From Gammaproteobacteria bacterium (GTDB taxonomy: Bacteria; Pseudomonadota; Gammaproteobacteria; Pseudomonadales; JADFDG01): 64,000 nucleotides of DNA. The notes under the pieces were generated by a model. That model had not been told where the DNA came from, did not search any database, and saw nothing but the letters and a program-made list of their open reading frames with translations. The stretch covers positions 24,986 to 88,985 of the forward strand of contig JADFDG010000008.1 of assembly GCA_018262975.1 (NCBI GenBank), written 5' to 3'. Shown here one piece after another: positions 40,164 through 53,117 of this stretch. Each line of letters begins with the position of its first letter. Position 1 is the stretch's first letter. Made by a program: the position numbers and the translations under genes.

Positions 40164-41018
40164 TCAGCGCATCTGCTTGAAGAACGGGTTGTCCGGCTGG
40201 ATGACCATGACGTTCTCCGGGCCGGTGAAGGTTTCCCGGTAGGCCTGCATGGAGCGCCAGAAGTTGTAGAACTCCGGGTCCTTGCCGAAGGCCGCGGCGG
40301 CCACTTCCGCGGCCCGGGCGTCACCCTGGCCGCGCAGGCGCTGGGCTTCGCGGAAGGCCTCGGCCATCAGCACGGTGCGCTGCTTCTCGGCCTCGGCGCG
40401 GATCTTCTCGGCTTCTTCCTTGCCCTCGGCGCGGTGCTCGCGGGCCTCGCGCTCGCGCTCGGTGCGCATGCGGTCGAACACGGCGCCGACGGCGCTTTCC
40501 GGGTAGTCCACTTTCTTCACGCGGATGTCCAGCACGTCCACGCCGAACTCCGGCTTGGCGGACTTGCCGACGTCGGCAGTGAGCTCGGCCATCATCTCGT
40601 CGCGCTTGCCGGACACCACGTCCACCAGCGTGCGCTGCGACACCTTGTTCTTCAGGCCCTCGATCACCCGCTGCACCAGCAGCTCCTGGGCGATGGCGAG
40701 GTTGCCGCCCTTGGTGGCGGTGTAGAACTGCTGGTTGTCGACGATGCGGAAGATCACGAACGCGTCCACCACGAGGATCTTGTTCTCGTTGGTGAGGTAC
40801 TCGGTGGGACGGGTGTCCATCACCTGCACGCGGCCGTCGAAGCGGATCACGTCCTGCCACGGCAGCTTGGCGCCGAGGCCGGGCGCGAGGTCCGGGTTGC
40901 GGATTTCACCGAACTCGCGCAGCAGCGCGCGGTCGGTTTCCTTGACGGTGTACAGGCAGCTCCACGCCAGCAGCAGCGCGATGACGGCGCCGGTCATGCC
41001 CAGGGTGCGGGTATCCAT
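40164..41018 (-). CDS. hflC: Protease modulator HflC
   Basis: SPFH/band-7 protein, 284 aa, immediately after hflK with a 1-nt overlap. Confidence 0.93.
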   Translation of the reverse strand: MDTRTLGMTGAVIALLLAWSCLYTVKETDRALLREFGEIRNPDLAPGLGAKLPWQDVIRFDGRVQVMDTRPTEYLTNENKILVVDAFVIFRIVDNQQFYTATKGGNLAIAQELLVQRVIEGLKNKVSQRTLVDVVSGKRDEMMAELTADVGKSAKPEFGVDVLDIRVKKVDYPESAVGAVFDRMRTEREREAREHRAEGKEEAEKIRAEAEKQRTVLMAEAFREAQRLRGQGDARAAEVAAAAFGKDPEFYNFWRSMQAYRETFTGPENVMVIQPDNPFFKQMR

Positions 41019-42166
41019 CAGCGAGCCTCCTGGCGACGGGAACGCAGGCGATCAACCGCATGCGCCGGTTGTTGCGGGGTCATCGCGGCGGCACTCGCAT
41101 CGGCGGCCGCGGTGGCGGCGGCAGCGGCGTCGGGGCGCACGGTGCCCTTGGCGATCTGGTCGATGGGCACGTAGATCATGTTGTTGCCGCGCGTATCAAG
41201 CAGCACCTTGCTGCTCTTGGTGTACACCTCCTGCATGGTCTCCAGGTAGATGCGGTCACGGGTGACCTTCGGCGACTTGCGGTACTCGGCGTACAGGCTG
41301 TTGAAGCGCGCGGCGTCACCCTCGGCCTTCGCGATCTGCTCCTGCTTGTAACCCTCGGCTTCCTGCAGCATGCGCTGCGCCTTGCCGCGCGCTTCCGGCA
41401 CGATGCCGTTGGCGTAGGTCATGGCCTCGTTGATCAGGCGGTCCTTGTCTTCCTTGGCACGCACCACGTCGATGAACGCCTCGCTGACGCTCTTCGGCGG
41501 TTGCGCCTCGATGACGTTCACCTTGGAGACCACAAGACCGGTCTGGTACTTGTCGAGGTAGCCCTGCAGGCGCGGCGTCATGCCGATGGCCAGCTTTTCA
41601 CGGCCGATGCTGATCACGTCGTTGAGCGTGGAGTTGCCGACCACGTGGCGCAGCGCGCTCTCGGTGGAGTGGCGCAGCACGTCCTCGGCGTTGGCCACGC
41701 GCAGCAGGTAGGCGCGCGCGTCGCCGACGCGGTACTGCACGGTGAGCTGGATGCCCACCAGGTTCTGGTCGGCGGTGATCATCTCCGCCTGCAGCGGCTG
41801 GTTGAGCAGCGCGCCGGTATCGGCACGGCGGACTTCATCCACCAGCCACGGGTACCAGTGCAGGCCGGCGCCCACGGTGTCGTGGTATTTGCCGAAACGC
41901 AGCACCACGCCCTGCTCGGCCTGGTCGAAACGGTAGACGCCCATCAGCACCCAGATGAGGCCGAGGATGGCCAGCACCGGGCCGACCATGGACGGGCCGC
42001 CCGCCTGGCTGCCACCACCCTTGCCACCGAACAGGCCGCCGAAGAAGTCGGTGACCTGGCGGATCAGGGCGTCCAGGGGGTTGCCCTGGCCACCGGTGGT
42101 CTTGCGCTCGCGGTTGCCCCAGGGATCCTGCGGCTTGCGACCGCCTCCCGGTTCATTCCAGGCCAT
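41018..42166 (-). CDS. hflK: Protease modulator HflK
   Basis: MAWNEPGGG...Gly-rich N-terminus, a TM segment, and an SPFH domain. Start at 42166. Confidence 0.93.
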   Translation of the reverse strand: MAWNEPGGGRKPQDPWGNRERKTTGGQGNPLDALIRQVTDFFGGLFGGKGGGSQAGGPSMVGPVLAILGLIWVLMGVYRFDQAEQGVVLRFGKYHDTVGAGLHWYPWLVDEVRRADTGALLNQPLQAEMITADQNLVGIQLTVQYRVGDARAYLLRVANAEDVLRHSTESALRHVVGNSTLNDVISIGREKLAIGMTPRLQGYLDKYQTGLVVSKVNVIEAQPPKSVSEAFIDVVRAKEDKDRLINEAMTYANGIVPEARGKAQRMLQEAEGYKQEQIAKAEGDAARFNSLYAEYRKSPKVTRDRIYLETMQEVYTKSSKVLLDTRGNNMIYVPIDQIAKGTVRPDAAAAATAAADASAAAMTPQQPAHAVDRLRSRRQEAR

Positions 42167-43562
42167 GGATTTCTCCGTCGTTGCGGGATGCGGCGAACGC
42201 GGAAGCGTCGCCGTCGGATGCGTCGGGATTGTAGGAATCGCCCCCGGTGGCGGCAAGCAAGCCCCCTTGTTCCACAAGGACTTGCGCCGGATCGAGGCGT
42301 TCCTGGCGCAGCAGGTCGTCGAGGTCGCTGCGCGGCATGCGCACGGTGAGCTCGACGGTGCCGTCGTCGCCGGTGTGCTCGGCTTCCACGGCGTTGCGCG
42401 CATAGAGTTTCGCGCGCAGGCGGCCGGCCGACGGCGGCAGGCGCAGCGCCAGGCGCGCACGGTCTGCCGACAGGCGCTCGGCGATGGCCGCCAGCAATTC
42501 ATCGATGCCGGCACCGGTGGTGGCGGACACCCACACGCGCACCGGGATGCCGTCGGCATCGCGCTCCACGTGCGGCTCGCCGGCCTCCACCAGGTCGACC
42601 TTGTTGTACACCTGCAGCACCGGCACTTCGCCGGCGCCGATTTCCTCCAGCACCGATTCCACCGCCTCGATGTTGGCGTCGCGCTCGCTGGCGGACGCGT
42701 CAATCACGTGCAGCAGCAAATCGGCGTCGGCGGTTTCTTCCAGCGTGGAGCGGAACGCTTCCACCAGGCGGTGCGGCAGCCGGCGGATGAAGCCGACGGT
42801 GTCGGCCAGGATGGTGGTGCCCATGCCCGGCAGGTTCACGCGGCGCAGCGTGGGGTCGAGCGTGGCGAACAGCTTGTCGGCCACCAGCACGTCGGCGCGG
42901 GTGATGCGGTTGAACAGCGTGGACTTGCCGGCGTTGGTGTAGCCCACCAGCGAGACCACCGGCACGGCGTTGCGCTTGCGCGCGCGCTGGCCCTGCAAAC
43001 GCGCCGAACGCGTTTTCTCCAGGCGGCGGTTGAGCGTGTTGACGCGCTCCTGGATCAGGCGGCGGTCGATTTCCAGCTGGGTATCACCGGGGCTGCCGCG
43101 CGCGGCCTGGCCGGCGCTCTGGCGATCCAGGTGCGACCAGCCGCGGATCAGGCGCGTGGCCATGTGCCGCAGTTGCGCCAGTTCCACCTGCAGGCGACCT
43201 TCGAGCGTGCGCGCACGCTGCGCGAAGATCTCCAGGATGATGCCGGTGCGGTCGCGCACGGCGCAGTTAAGCGCCTTCTCGAGGTTGCGCTCCTGCGAAC
43301 TGGTCAGGAAGTGGTTGAACAGCACCAGGTTGGCCTGCTTCGCGCGGACCAGTTGCTGCAACTCTTCGAGCTTGCCGCTGCCGATGAAGTAGCGGTTGTC
43401 GGGGAAGTGGCGCGCGGAGGTGACGATATCGATGACCTCGATATCGGCGGACAGCACGAGCTGCTCGAACTCGGCGAGGTCGTCGCTGCCGTTTTCGCCT
43501 TCGATCGCGACGTGGACGAGGATGGCCCGCGAGCCACCCTCGGGACGTTCAAAAAATTGCAA
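42153..43562 (-). CDS. hflX: GTPase HflX
   Basis: G1 motif VSLVGYTNAGKST, G3 motif DTVGF and G4 motif NKVD. hfq-hflX-hflK-hflC order. Confidence 0.93.
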   Translation of the reverse strand: MQFFERPEGGSRAILVHVAIEGENGSDDLAEFEQLVLSADIEVIDIVTSARHFPDNRYFIGSGKLEELQQLVRAKQANLVLFNHFLTSSQERNLEKALNCAVRDRTGIILEIFAQRARTLEGRLQVELAQLRHMATRLIRGWSHLDRQSAGQAARGSPGDTQLEIDRRLIQERVNTLNRRLEKTRSARLQGQRARKRNAVPVVSLVGYTNAGKSTLFNRITRADVLVADKLFATLDPTLRRVNLPGMGTTILADTVGFIRRLPHRLVEAFRSTLEETADADLLLHVIDASASERDANIEAVESVLEEIGAGEVPVLQVYNKVDLVEAGEPHVERDADGIPVRVWVSATTGAGIDELLAAIAERLSADRARLALRLPPSAGRLRAKLYARNAVEAEHTGDDGTVELTVRMPRSDLDDLLRQERLDPAQVLVEQGGLLAATGGDSYNPDASDGDASAFAASRNDGEIHGLE

Positions 43563-43565
43563 TCG

Positions 43566-43838
43566 TCAGATACCCGGGGGCTGCATGTCGCCGTTGGGCA
43601 GGCCCGTGCCGTTGCCCGCACCGGGGCCGGCTTTCGGGTTGCGCGCCGGAACGACGGTGGAAATGGCGTGCTTGTACACCATCTGGCTGACGGTGTTCTT
43701 CAGCAGCACCACGTACTGGTCGAAGGACTCGATCTGGCCCTGCAGCTTGATGCCGTTGACCAGGAAGATGGAAACCGGGATGCGTTCCTTGCGCAGGGCG
43801 TTGAGGAACGGATCCTGCAGGCTGTGACCTTTGGACAT
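43566..43838 (-). CDS. hfq: RNA chaperone Hfq
   Basis: [64 protein letters not shown]. Confidence 0.97.
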   Translation of the reverse strand: MSKGHSLQDPFLNALRKERIPVSIFLVNGIKLQGQIESFDQYVVLLKNTVSQMVYKHAISTVVPARNPKAGPGAGNGTGLPNGDMQPPGI

Positions 43839-43949
43839 GTGTCTTACTCCGCAAAAAATGTCGCCCAGGACTTCGGGCAAAAACCGGGCTCAAAAGGCCC
43901 GGAAACCAGGCTCCGGTGAAGGAGCGGCGGCAACCAGAACCGCACAGGA

Positions 43950-44882
43950 TCAGCAGATGGCGTCGGCCTGCAGCAATTTCAAGGTGTTGCTGACCAGGTC
44001 AGGCGCCCCGGCATCCTGCCAGTGCAATGCATCCCAGCTGCGCAGCCACGTCATCTGGCGCTTGGCCAGTTGACGCGTGGCAATGATACCCCGCTCCACC
44101 ATGTCGTCATAGGACAACCGTCCCTCCAGGTACTGCCAGACCTGGCGGTAGCCGACGGCGCGCAGGGCCGGCAGGTCCGGGTGCAGGTCGCCCCGGGAGC
44201 GCAGGCGCTCCACCTCGGCCACGAAGCCGGCGGCCAGCATGTCGTGAAAGCGCCGGGCAATGCGGTCGGCCAGCACGGCACGGTCCGGGGGGGCCACGGC
44301 GATCTGGCAGAGGCGGTAGGGGAAGGGGTTGGCGGCCGGGGCGGCGGCGGCCTGCAGGTCGGTGAGGGTGCGGCCGGTCAGCTCGAACACCTCCAGGGCA
44401 CGCAGCAGTCGCTGGGGGTTCTGGCCGTGCTTCGCCGCGGCCTCGGGGTCGATGGCGGCAAGGCGGGCGGCCAGTGCCGGCAGGCCTTCAGCCGCGAGTT
44501 CGGCGGCCAGGCGCTCGCGCACGGCCGGGTCGGCGGCGGGCAGCGAGGACAGGCCGTCCTTCAGCGCCCTGTAATAAAGCATGGTGCCGCCCACCAGCAG
44601 CGGGATGCGCCCGGCGGCGTGGATTTCAGTGATGGCCTGCAGGGCATCGTGGCGGAAATCGGCGGCCGAATAGGGCTCGGCGGGGTCGCGGATGTCGATC
44701 AGCCGGTGCGGGGCGATGGCGAGGATGTCCGGGCCGGGCTTGGCGGTGCCGATGTCCATGCCGCGGTAGACCATTGCCGAGTCCACGCTGACGATCTCGA
44801 AGGGCGCGCGTTGCACCAGCTCGACGGCCAGGGCGGTCTTGCCGGAGGCGGTGGGCCCCATGAGGAAGGCGACCGGGGGCAT
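43950..44882 (-). CDS. miaA: tRNA dimethylallyltransferase
   Basis: [22 protein letters not shown] (P-loop). The chosen ATG at 44882 lies inside a REP unit. The alternative GTG at 44912 would overlap the mutL stop. Confidence 0.9.
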   Translation of the reverse strand: MPPVAFLMGPTASGKTALAVELVQRAPFEIVSVDSAMVYRGMDIGTAKPGPDILAIAPHRLIDIRDPAEPYSAADFRHDALQAITEIHAAGRIPLLVGGTMLYYRALKDGLSSLPAADPAVRERLAAELAAEGLPALAARLAAIDPEAAAKHGQNPQRLLRALEVFELTGRTLTDLQAAAAPAANPFPYRLCQIAVAPPDRAVLADRIARRFHDMLAAGFVAEVERLRSRGDLHPDLPALRAVGYRQVWQYLEGRLSYDDMVERGIIATRQLAKRQMTWLRSWDALHWQDAGAPDLVSNTLKLLQADAIC

Positions 44883-44896
44883 GGCCCCCTCGCTAC
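44873..44896 (-). repeat. REP unit (single): CCGGGGGCATGGCCCCCTCGCTAC
   Basis: Lies between the mutL stop (44902) and the miaA coding region. The internal CAT (44880-44882) is the probable miaA start codon. Confidence 0.8.
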
Positions 44897-44901
44897 ATTT
44901 T

Positions 44902-46734
44902 TCAGCGGCCACGCAGGAACAACCTGTCGAGATCCTGCATCGACAATTGCGTCCAGGTGGGGCGGCCGTGGTTGCACTGGCCGCTGCGCTCGGTCTCTTC
45001 CATGTCGCGCAGCAGCGCGTTCATTTCCGGCACGGTGAGCAGGCGGTTGGCGCGCACCGAGCCGTGGCAGGCCATGGTGGCGAGCAGTTCGTCGCGGGTC
45101 TGCGCCAGGCGCGTGCTGCTGCCGTGCTGGCGCAGGTCGGCGAGCACGTCGCGCACGAGTTGCGGCACGTCGGCGCCGGCCAGCAGTGCCGGCACTTCGC
45201 GCACCAGCAGGGATTCCGGGCCGGCGCGCTCGACGACGAAACCCAGGCGCGCAAACAGCGCCACGTTTTCCTCGGCGGCATCGGCCTCGCGCTCGCCCAC
45301 CGCCACGCCGACCGGCACCAGCAGCGGCTGCATCGCTACCGCCTGCGCGTCATAGGCGCACTTGAGACGCTCGTAGGTGATGCGCTCGTGCGCCGCGTGC
45401 ATGTCCACCAGCACCAGGCCCTGGGCGTTCTGCGCCAGGATGTACACGCCGTGCAGTTGTGCCAGCGCGTAGCCGAGCGGCGGCGTGGCGCCGTGCGCGG
45501 TGTCGGTTTGCGGCAACGACGGCAGCACGGCGGGCGGGGCGCCTTCGCCGACTCCCGCGAGACCGATGCGCAGACCCACGCCGGACGGTGCGATCAACTG
45601 CGCATACGCCGCCATCTGCGCGGACGTCGCAACCGGCGCACCGCCCTCGGGCAACGGGAACACCGACTGCAACGGCGCCGCCGACACTGGCGCAGTCGTC
45701 TCGACGCGCGCCGGCGACTGCTGCGTATCGGGGCGCAGGTCGGCGATCACGCGGTGCAGCGTGCGGAACAGGAAGTCGTGCACCAGCCGCGAGTCGCGGA
45801 AACGCACCTCGTGCTTGGTGGGATGCACGTTCACGTCGACGATGGCCGGATCGATCTCCAGGTACAGCACGTAGGCCGGGTGGCGACCGTGGAACAGCAC
45901 GTCCTCGAAGGCCTGGCGCACGGCGTGGTTGAGCACGCGGTCGCGCACCATGCGCCCGTTGACGAAGAAGAACTGCAAATCCGGTTGCGCGCGCGAGAAG
46001 GTCGGCAGGCCCAGCCACCCCCACAGGCGGATGCCGGCGTGCTCGACATCGATGGCCACGGCGTTCTCCACGAACGGCGTGCCGCAGATCTGCGCGACGC
46101 GGCGCTGCATTTCCTGCGGCGAGGCGGCGGGCTTGAGGGTGAGCACCGGCCGTTCGTTCACGGTCAGGCTGAAGCCGGTGTTGAAGTGGCTGAGCGCCAG
46201 CTTGCGCACCACGTCCTCGACGTGGCCGGCCTCGGTCTTCTCGGTACGCAGGAACTTGCGGCGCGCCGGCGTGTTGAAGAACAGGTCGCGCACTTCCACC
46301 GTGGTGCCACGCGCGTGCGCCGCGGCGTTCACGCTGGCGGTCATGTCGCGCCCTTCGGCGGTCACCTGCCAGCCGGCGCCGGATTCATCGCTGCTGGAGG
46401 TGAGCGCCAGGCGCGACACCGAGGCGATGGAGGCCAGTGCCTCGCCGCGAAAACCCAGCGTGGCGATGGCCTCGAGATCGTCAAGGTCAACGATCTTGCT
46501 GGTGGCGTGCCGCGCCAGCGCCAGCGGCAGGTCGTCCTTGCCGATGCCCAGGCCGTTGTCGCGGATGCGCACCAGGCGCACGCCGCCCTCCTCGATGGCG
46601 ACATCGATGCGGGTGGCGCCGGCATCCAGCGAATTTTCCAGCAGTTCCTTCACCACCGACGCGGGCCGTTCAACCACCTCGCCGGCGGCGATCTGGTTGG
46701 CCAGGCGCGGATTGAGGACCTGGATGCGGCTCAT
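44902..46734 (-). CDS. mutL: DNA mismatch repair protein MutL
   Basis: [29 protein letters not shown] ATPase N-terminus. 610 aa. Confidence 0.95.
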   Translation of the reverse strand: MSRIQVLNPRLANQIAAGEVVERPASVVKELLENSLDAGATRIDVAIEEGGVRLVRIRDNGLGIGKDDLPLALARHATSKIVDLDDLEAIATLGFRGEALASIASVSRLALTSSSDESGAGWQVTAEGRDMTASVNAAAHARGTTVEVRDLFFNTPARRKFLRTEKTEAGHVEDVVRKLALSHFNTGFSLTVNERPVLTLKPAASPQEMQRRVAQICGTPFVENAVAIDVEHAGIRLWGWLGLPTFSRAQPDLQFFFVNGRMVRDRVLNHAVRQAFEDVLFHGRHPAYVLYLEIDPAIVDVNVHPTKHEVRFRDSRLVHDFLFRTLHRVIADLRPDTQQSPARVETTAPVSAAPLQSVFPLPEGGAPVATSAQMAAYAQLIAPSGVGLRIGLAGVGEGAPPAVLPSLPQTDTAHGATPPLGYALAQLHGVYILAQNAQGLVLVDMHAAHERITYERLKCAYDAQAVAMQPLLVPVGVAVGEREADAAEENVALFARLGFVVERAGPESLLVREVPALLAGADVPQLVRDVLADLRQHGSSTRLAQTRDELLATMACHGSVRANRLLTVPEMNALLRDMEETERSGQCNHGRPTWTQLSMQDLDRLFLRGR

Positions 46735-46738
46735 GGCG

Positions 46739-48271
46739 TCAGTCCTTGGGGATCTTCAGGGTTTCGCCGATGAACACGTCGTTGCGCCTGAAGCCGTTGG
46801 CTTCCTTGATGGCGCGCTGGGTGACGCCGTACTTGTTGGCGATCCAGCCCAGGCTCTGGCCCTTGCGCACCTTGTGCTGGATGAACTCCTGCTTTTTCGG
46901 CGCCGGCCTGGCGGCCGGCTTCGCAGGCGCTTTCACCGGGGCTTTTGCCGCGGCATCACGCACCGCCGGCGCCGCGCCGACCTGCACGGCAATGGCGGCG
47001 ATCGGATCGGCCGCGGCCACCGGCATGGGGGCCGCTTCTGCCACCGGCGCAGCATCGCTGGCCACCACCGGTTCAGCGCTGGCCACCTGCAGCGGCACCT
47101 GGCCGTCACGCTTCGCCGCGAACCAGGTGCCGGGCAGCGGATAGCGCTCGAAATAGCGACGCACGCCGTTGACGATGGCCTTGGCCAGGCGCTGCTGGTA
47201 GGCGGCGCTGCGCAGCAAGCGCTCCTCGTCCGGGTTCGAGATGAAGCCGGTCTCGACCAGGATCGACGGCATGTTGGGTTCCTTCAGCACCATGAAGCCG
47301 GCCTGCTCCACGTTCGGCTTGTGCAGGCGCGCAAAGTCGCCGAACTCGTCCAGCACGCTGCGGCCCAGGTGCAGGCTGTGGCTCATGGTCCCTTCCATGA
47401 TCAGGTCCGACAGCACGCTCATCACGTCGCCGCCGGCCTGCGGCCCCACGCCACCGACCAGGTCGGCGCGGTTCTCGGAGTCGGCCAGGTAGGCCGCCAG
47501 CGTACTGGTCGCGCCACGACGGGATACCGCGAACACGCTGGCACCACGCGCGGAACGCTTGGTGAACGCATCGGCGTGGATGGAGATGAAGATGTCGGCG
47601 TTGTGCTTCTTGCGCGCGTTGACCCGGCGATCCTTGAGACCGACGTAGTAGTCGCCGTCACGGATCATCACCGGCGTCATGCCCGGCTCCTGGCGCATCA
47701 GGTCGCGGGTAGCACGCGCGATGGCCAGCACGATGTCCTTTTCGCGGGTCCCGCTGGGCCCCATCGCCCCGGGATCCTCGCCGCCGTGCCCCGGATCGAG
47801 CGCCACCACGACCTTGCGCGGACCGATGGCCGGTGGCAGCACGTCGTCGACCGTCTTCGGCTTCTGCTCGACGGCCAGGTCGTAGAGATCGACCACCAGG
47901 CGATGGCCGTAGCGCTCGTTGGGCTGCAGCGCGAAACTGTTGACGCGCACCGCGACGGCAAGATCGAACACCACGCGGATGGTGCCGTCCGCCTGCAGGC
48001 CGCTGCGCACGCGGCGCACCGGGCTTTCCTGCAGGTCGACGGTTTCCAGTTTCGCCTTCAGCTCGGCACCGCGGAAATCGATGACCACCCGCCCCGGCGC
48101 CACGTCGGGCAGCACCTGGTATTGCGGCGGCTCGGAAACGTCAAACACGAAGCGCGTGTATTCCGGCGCGCGATAGACGCGCACGTTGTCGATGGCAGTG
48201 GCGGCGTGCACCAGCGCCGGCCACAGCAGGACCAGCGACAATGCGATCAGGGCACGGCAACGCAGGGACAT
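46739..48271 (-). CDS. amiB: N-acetylmuramoyl-L-alanine amidase (AMIN - Amidase_3 - LysM)
   Basis: Signal peptide, AMIN domain ([16 protein letters not shown]), Amidase_3 core ([14 protein letters not shown]...ISIHADA), and a C-terminal LysM ([18 protein letters not shown]). tsaE-amiB-mutL synteny. Confidence 0.88.
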   Translation of the reverse strand: MSLRCRALIALSLVLLWPALVHAATAIDNVRVYRAPEYTRFVFDVSEPPQYQVLPDVAPGRVVIDFRGAELKAKLETVDLQESPVRRVRSGLQADGTIRVVFDLAVAVRVNSFALQPNERYGHRLVVDLYDLAVEQKPKTVDDVLPPAIGPRKVVVALDPGHGGEDPGAMGPSGTREKDIVLAIARATRDLMRQEPGMTPVMIRDGDYYVGLKDRRVNARKKHNADIFISIHADAFTKRSARGASVFAVSRRGATSTLAAYLADSENRADLVGGVGPQAGGDVMSVLSDLIMEGTMSHSLHLGRSVLDEFGDFARLHKPNVEQAGFMVLKEPNMPSILVETGFISNPDEERLLRSAAYQQRLAKAIVNGVRRYFERYPLPGTWFAAKRDGQVPLQVASAEPVVASDAAPVAEAAPMPVAAADPIAAIAVQVGAAPAVRDAAAKAPVKAPAKPAARPAPKKQEFIQHKVRKGQSLGWIANKYGVTQRAIKEANGFRRNDVFIGETLKIPKD

Positions 48272-48730
48272 CAGGCAGCGGGTTCCAGTTTGTCAGGCAG
48301 GGCCTGGAGCATGACAGCGCCGCGCGGTGTGCGCGCCTCGATGCGGGCACGCCGGCCGTCGCCGTGCAGTGCGAGCGCCACCACCAGGTCGGCGACCGGC
48401 AGGAAACCGGCGCCGCGCGCCGGCCATTCCACCAATAGGACGGACGACGCGTCGGCGAGTTCCCGCACGCCGAGGAATTCGAGCTCCTCGGGATCGGCCA
48501 GCCGGTACAGGTCGAGATGATAGACGGTGCCGGCGGCCAGCTCGTAGGGTTCGATGAGCGTGTAGGTGGGACTTTTCACGCTGCCGGCATGGCCCAGCGC
48601 ACGCAGCAGGGCGCGCACCAGCGTGGTCTTGCCGGCACCCAGGTCACCTTCCAGCCACACGCAGCAAGGTCTCGCCAGCACCGTGGCCAGGGTGGCGCCG
48701 AGGCGTTCGGTCGCGGCCGTGTCGGCAAGA

Positions 48731-48744
<14 letters not shown>
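48271..48744 (-). CDS. tsaE: tRNA t6A37 biosynthesis protein TsaE
   Basis: LEGDLGAGKTTLVRALLRALG...SPTYTL..YHLDLYRL. Start at 48744. Confidence 0.9.
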
Positions 48745-50290
<1,546 letters not shown>

Positions 50291-50350
50291 GGCGGCAAGG
50301 ACCCGGCGGGGAATTTCCCCATTATACGGGCGCGGCCGCGCCGGCGCGCG

Positions 50351-51412
50351 ATGAACAGCCTGCCGCCGGACGCCCTGGCCAGCATCGCCGCCAACATCCG
50401 CCAGCGGGCCCAAGCGCTGGGCTTCCAGCAGGCCGGCATCGCCGACCTCGACCTCGATGAACACCTCGCCCACCTGGAGCGCTGGCTGGCCGACGGCTTC
50501 CACGGCGAGATGGACTGGTTCGCCCGCCACCTGGCCATCCGCCGCGACCCGCAGCAGTTGTCACCCGGCGCCCTGCGCGCCGTGCTGGTGCGCATGGACT
50601 ACCTGCCGCCGGAGGCGCGCATCGCCGAGACGCTCGCCGATGGCAGCCGCGCCTACGTGTCGCGCTACGCACTGGGCCGCGACTACCACAAGGTGGTGCG
50701 CAACCGGCTGGCGAAACTGGCCGAACAGGTCTCCCGCGAGGTCACCCCGCACGGCTACCGCGTGTTCACCGACAGCGCGCCGGTACTGGAGAAAGCGCTG
50801 GCGGAGAAAGCGGGCCTGGGCTGGATCGGCAAGCACAGCGTGCTGATCAACCGCGGCGCCGGCTCGTGGTTCTTCCTCGGCGGCTTCCTCACTGACCTGC
50901 CATTGCCCGTTGACGAGCCGGCCAGCCCGCATTGCGGCAGTTGCACCGCCTGCATCGACGTCTGTCCGACGCGCGCCATCGTCGCACCCTACCGCGTCGA
51001 TGCGCGCCGCTGCATTTCCTACCTGACCATCGAGCTGAACGGCAGCATCCCGGAGGAATTCCGCGCCGCCATCGGCAACCGCGTGTTCGGCTGCGACGAC
51101 TGCCAGCTGGTGTGCCCGTGGAACCGCTATGCGAAGGTCACGCAGGAAGGCGACTTCCGCGCGCGCGCCGGCCTCGACCGCCTGCTGCTGACCGAGGCGT
51201 TCGGGTGGGACGAGCCGACGTTCCTGGCGCGCACCGAGGGCACGGCGATCCGCCGCGCCGGCTACGAGAATTTCCTGCGCAATGTCGCGGTGGGGCTGGG
51301 CAACGCGCCGCGCTCGGCAGAGGTACTGGCGGCGCTGCGGGCGCGGGAAAACGATCCGTCGGCGCTGGTGCGCGAGCACGTGGCGTGGGCACTGGCGCGC
51401 CACGCCGGGTGA
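50351..51412 (+). CDS. queG: Epoxyqueuosine reductase
   Basis: 4Fe-4S motifs CGSCTACIDVCP and CDDCQLVCPWN, plus HEAT-like C-terminal repeats. ATG at 50351; the 595 upstream codons of the ORF are antisense to nnr and are rejected. Confidence 0.92.
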   Translation: MNSLPPDALASIAANIRQRAQALGFQQAGIADLDLDEHLAHLERWLADGFHGEMDWFARHLAIRRDPQQLSPGALRAVLVRMDYLPPEARIAETLADGSRAYVSRYALGRDYHKVVRNRLAKLAEQVSREVTPHGYRVFTDSAPVLEKALAEKAGLGWIGKHSVLINRGAGSWFFLGGFLTDLPLPVDEPASPHCGSCTACIDVCPTRAIVAPYRVDARRCISYLTIELNGSIPEEFRAAIGNRVFGCDDCQLVCPWNRYAKVTQEGDFRARAGLDRLLLTEAFGWDEPTFLARTEGTAIRRAGYENFLRNVAVGLGNAPRSAEVLAALRARENDPSALVREHVAWALARHAG

Positions 51413-51422
51413 GCAGGCGCGA

Positions 51423-52013
51423 TCAGTCGTCGTTTTCGTCGTCGTAGGCTTCCGGCTCCGGGAAGCGGAAGAACGACTCGCGGTAGTAGCGCAATTCGCT
51501 GATGGAATCGCGGATGTCGTCCAGCGCCAGGTGGGTGCTGGTCTTGCGCACGCCCTTGACCAGGTCCGGGTACCAGCGCACCGCCAGTTCCTTGATGGAG
51601 CTGACGTCGAGGTTGCGGTAGTGGAAGAACGCCTCGAGCTTCGGCATGTGGCGCCACAGGAAGCGGCGGTCCTGGCAGATGCTGTTGCCGCACATCGGGC
51701 TGGTGCCGGCATCGACGTACTGGCGCAGGAACTCGATGGTGGCTTCCTCGGCGCGGGCCTCGTCCACGGTGGAGCGCTTGACCCGGTCCACCAGGCCGCT
51801 CTGGCCGTGCTGGCGGGTGTTCCACTCGTCCATCGCGTTGAGCACGATGTCCTTCTGGTGGATGGCGAACACCGGCCCCTCGGCGATCACGTTGAGATGC
51901 GCGTCGGTGACGATGGTGGCGATCTCGAGCACCCGGTCGGTGTCGGGGTTCAGCCCCGTCATCTCCAGGTCGATCCAGATCAGGTTGCCCTTGCGCGCCG
52001 CCATGCCATCCAC
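51423..52013 (-). CDS. orn: Oligoribonuclease
   Basis: [23 protein letters not shown]...ICQDRRFL...H.ALDDI are DEDDh motifs. Start at 52013 or 52004. Confidence 0.94.
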   Translation of the reverse strand: MDGMAARKGNLIWIDLEMTGLNPDTDRVLEIATIVTDAHLNVIAEGPVFAIHQKDIVLNAMDEWNTRQHGQSGLVDRVKRSTVDEARAEEATIEFLRQYVDAGTSPMCGNSICQDRRFLWRHMPKLEAFFHYRNLDVSSIKELAVRWYPDLVKGVRKTSTHLALDDIRDSISELRYYRESFFRFPEPEAYDDENDD

Positions 52014-52082
52014 TCCCGATGAAGATTGCCGGCGATCATAGCAGAGGCTACGCTGCCGCCGACCCTGTCCCCGGGAGACACC

Positions 52083-53117
52083 ATGTCCGGTCGCAAACTC
52101 ACCCGCCAGCAGGCAGAGCGCGTGCGCGCCCTGCAGGACCAGCGCATCCGGCGCATGCAGGCGCGTGACGAAGCCGACGACACCGGTCTGGGCCCGGAGG
52201 AGGAAGGGATGGTCATCACCCGCTTCGGCAAGCAGGTGGACGTGGAGCCGGCCGGCGCGGCCGGAGAGACGGTGCGCTGCCGCATCCGCGCCAACATCGA
52301 CAGCCCGGTGAGCGGCGACCGCGTGGTGTGGCGCCGCCAGCCACCCGAGGCCGAGGGCATGGCCGACAGCGGCGTGGTGGTGGCGCGCTTGCCGCGCACC
52401 AGCGAGCTGCAGCGCCCGGACAACTACGGCAAGCTCAAGGCGGTGGCCGCCAACATCGACAACGTGGTGGTGGTGTTCGCACCGCTGCCGGAACCGTCGT
52501 CGATGCTGCTCGACCGCTACCTGGCGGCCTGCGAAACCAGCGCGCTGCCGCCGGTACTGCTGCTCAACAAGAGCGACATGACCGGCTCACCCGGTTACGC
52601 CGAGGCCGAACGGCTGGCGACGCTCTATGAACAGGTCGGCTACCGCGTGCTGCGCTGCAGTTCGCGTGCCGCGCACGGGCTGGACGAGCTCCTCGACGCC
52701 CTGCGCGGCCACACCAGCGTGTTCGTCGGCCAGTCCGGCGTGGGCAAGTCTTCGCTGGTGAATGCGCTGCTGCCGGAGGCCGCGCTCGACACGCAGGAAG
52801 TGAGCGAGACGTCCGGCCTCGGCCAGCACACCACCACCTCCGCGCGGCTGTTCCACCTGCCCGGCGGCGGCGACCTCATCGATTCGCCCGGCGTGCGCGA
52901 GTTCCAGCTGTGGCACGTGGACGACGCCGCGCTGGAGGCGGCGTTCATCGACTTCCGCCCCTGGCAGGGACGCTGCCGCTTCCGCGATTGCCGGCACCTG
53001 AAGGAACCCGGCTGCGCGCTGCGCGAGGCTGCGGCGCGCGGGGAACTGTCCGCCGAGCGACTGGACAACTTCCTGCGCATCCGCGAAGGCCTCAAGGACG
53101 CGCCGGCACCACGCTGA
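52083..53117 (+). CDS. rsgA: Ribosome small-subunit-dependent GTPase A
   Basis: Circularly permuted GTPase (LLNKSD...[10 protein letters not shown]) and a C-terminal zinc knuckle [12 protein letters not shown]. Start at [10 protein letters not shown] (52083). Confidence 0.9.
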   Translation: MSGRKLTRQQAERVRALQDQRIRRMQARDEADDTGLGPEEEGMVITRFGKQVDVEPAGAAGETVRCRIRANIDSPVSGDRVVWRRQPPEAEGMADSGVVVARLPRTSELQRPDNYGKLKAVAANIDNVVVVFAPLPEPSSMLLDRYLAACETSALPPVLLLNKSDMTGSPGYAEAERLATLYEQVGYRVLRCSSRAAHGLDELLDALRGHTSVFVGQSGVGKSSLVNALLPEAALDTQEVSETSGLGQHTTTSARLFHLPGGGDLIDSPGVREFQLWHVDDAALEAAFIDFRPWQGRCRFRDCRHLKEPGCALREAAARGELSAERLDNFLRIREGLKDAPAPR

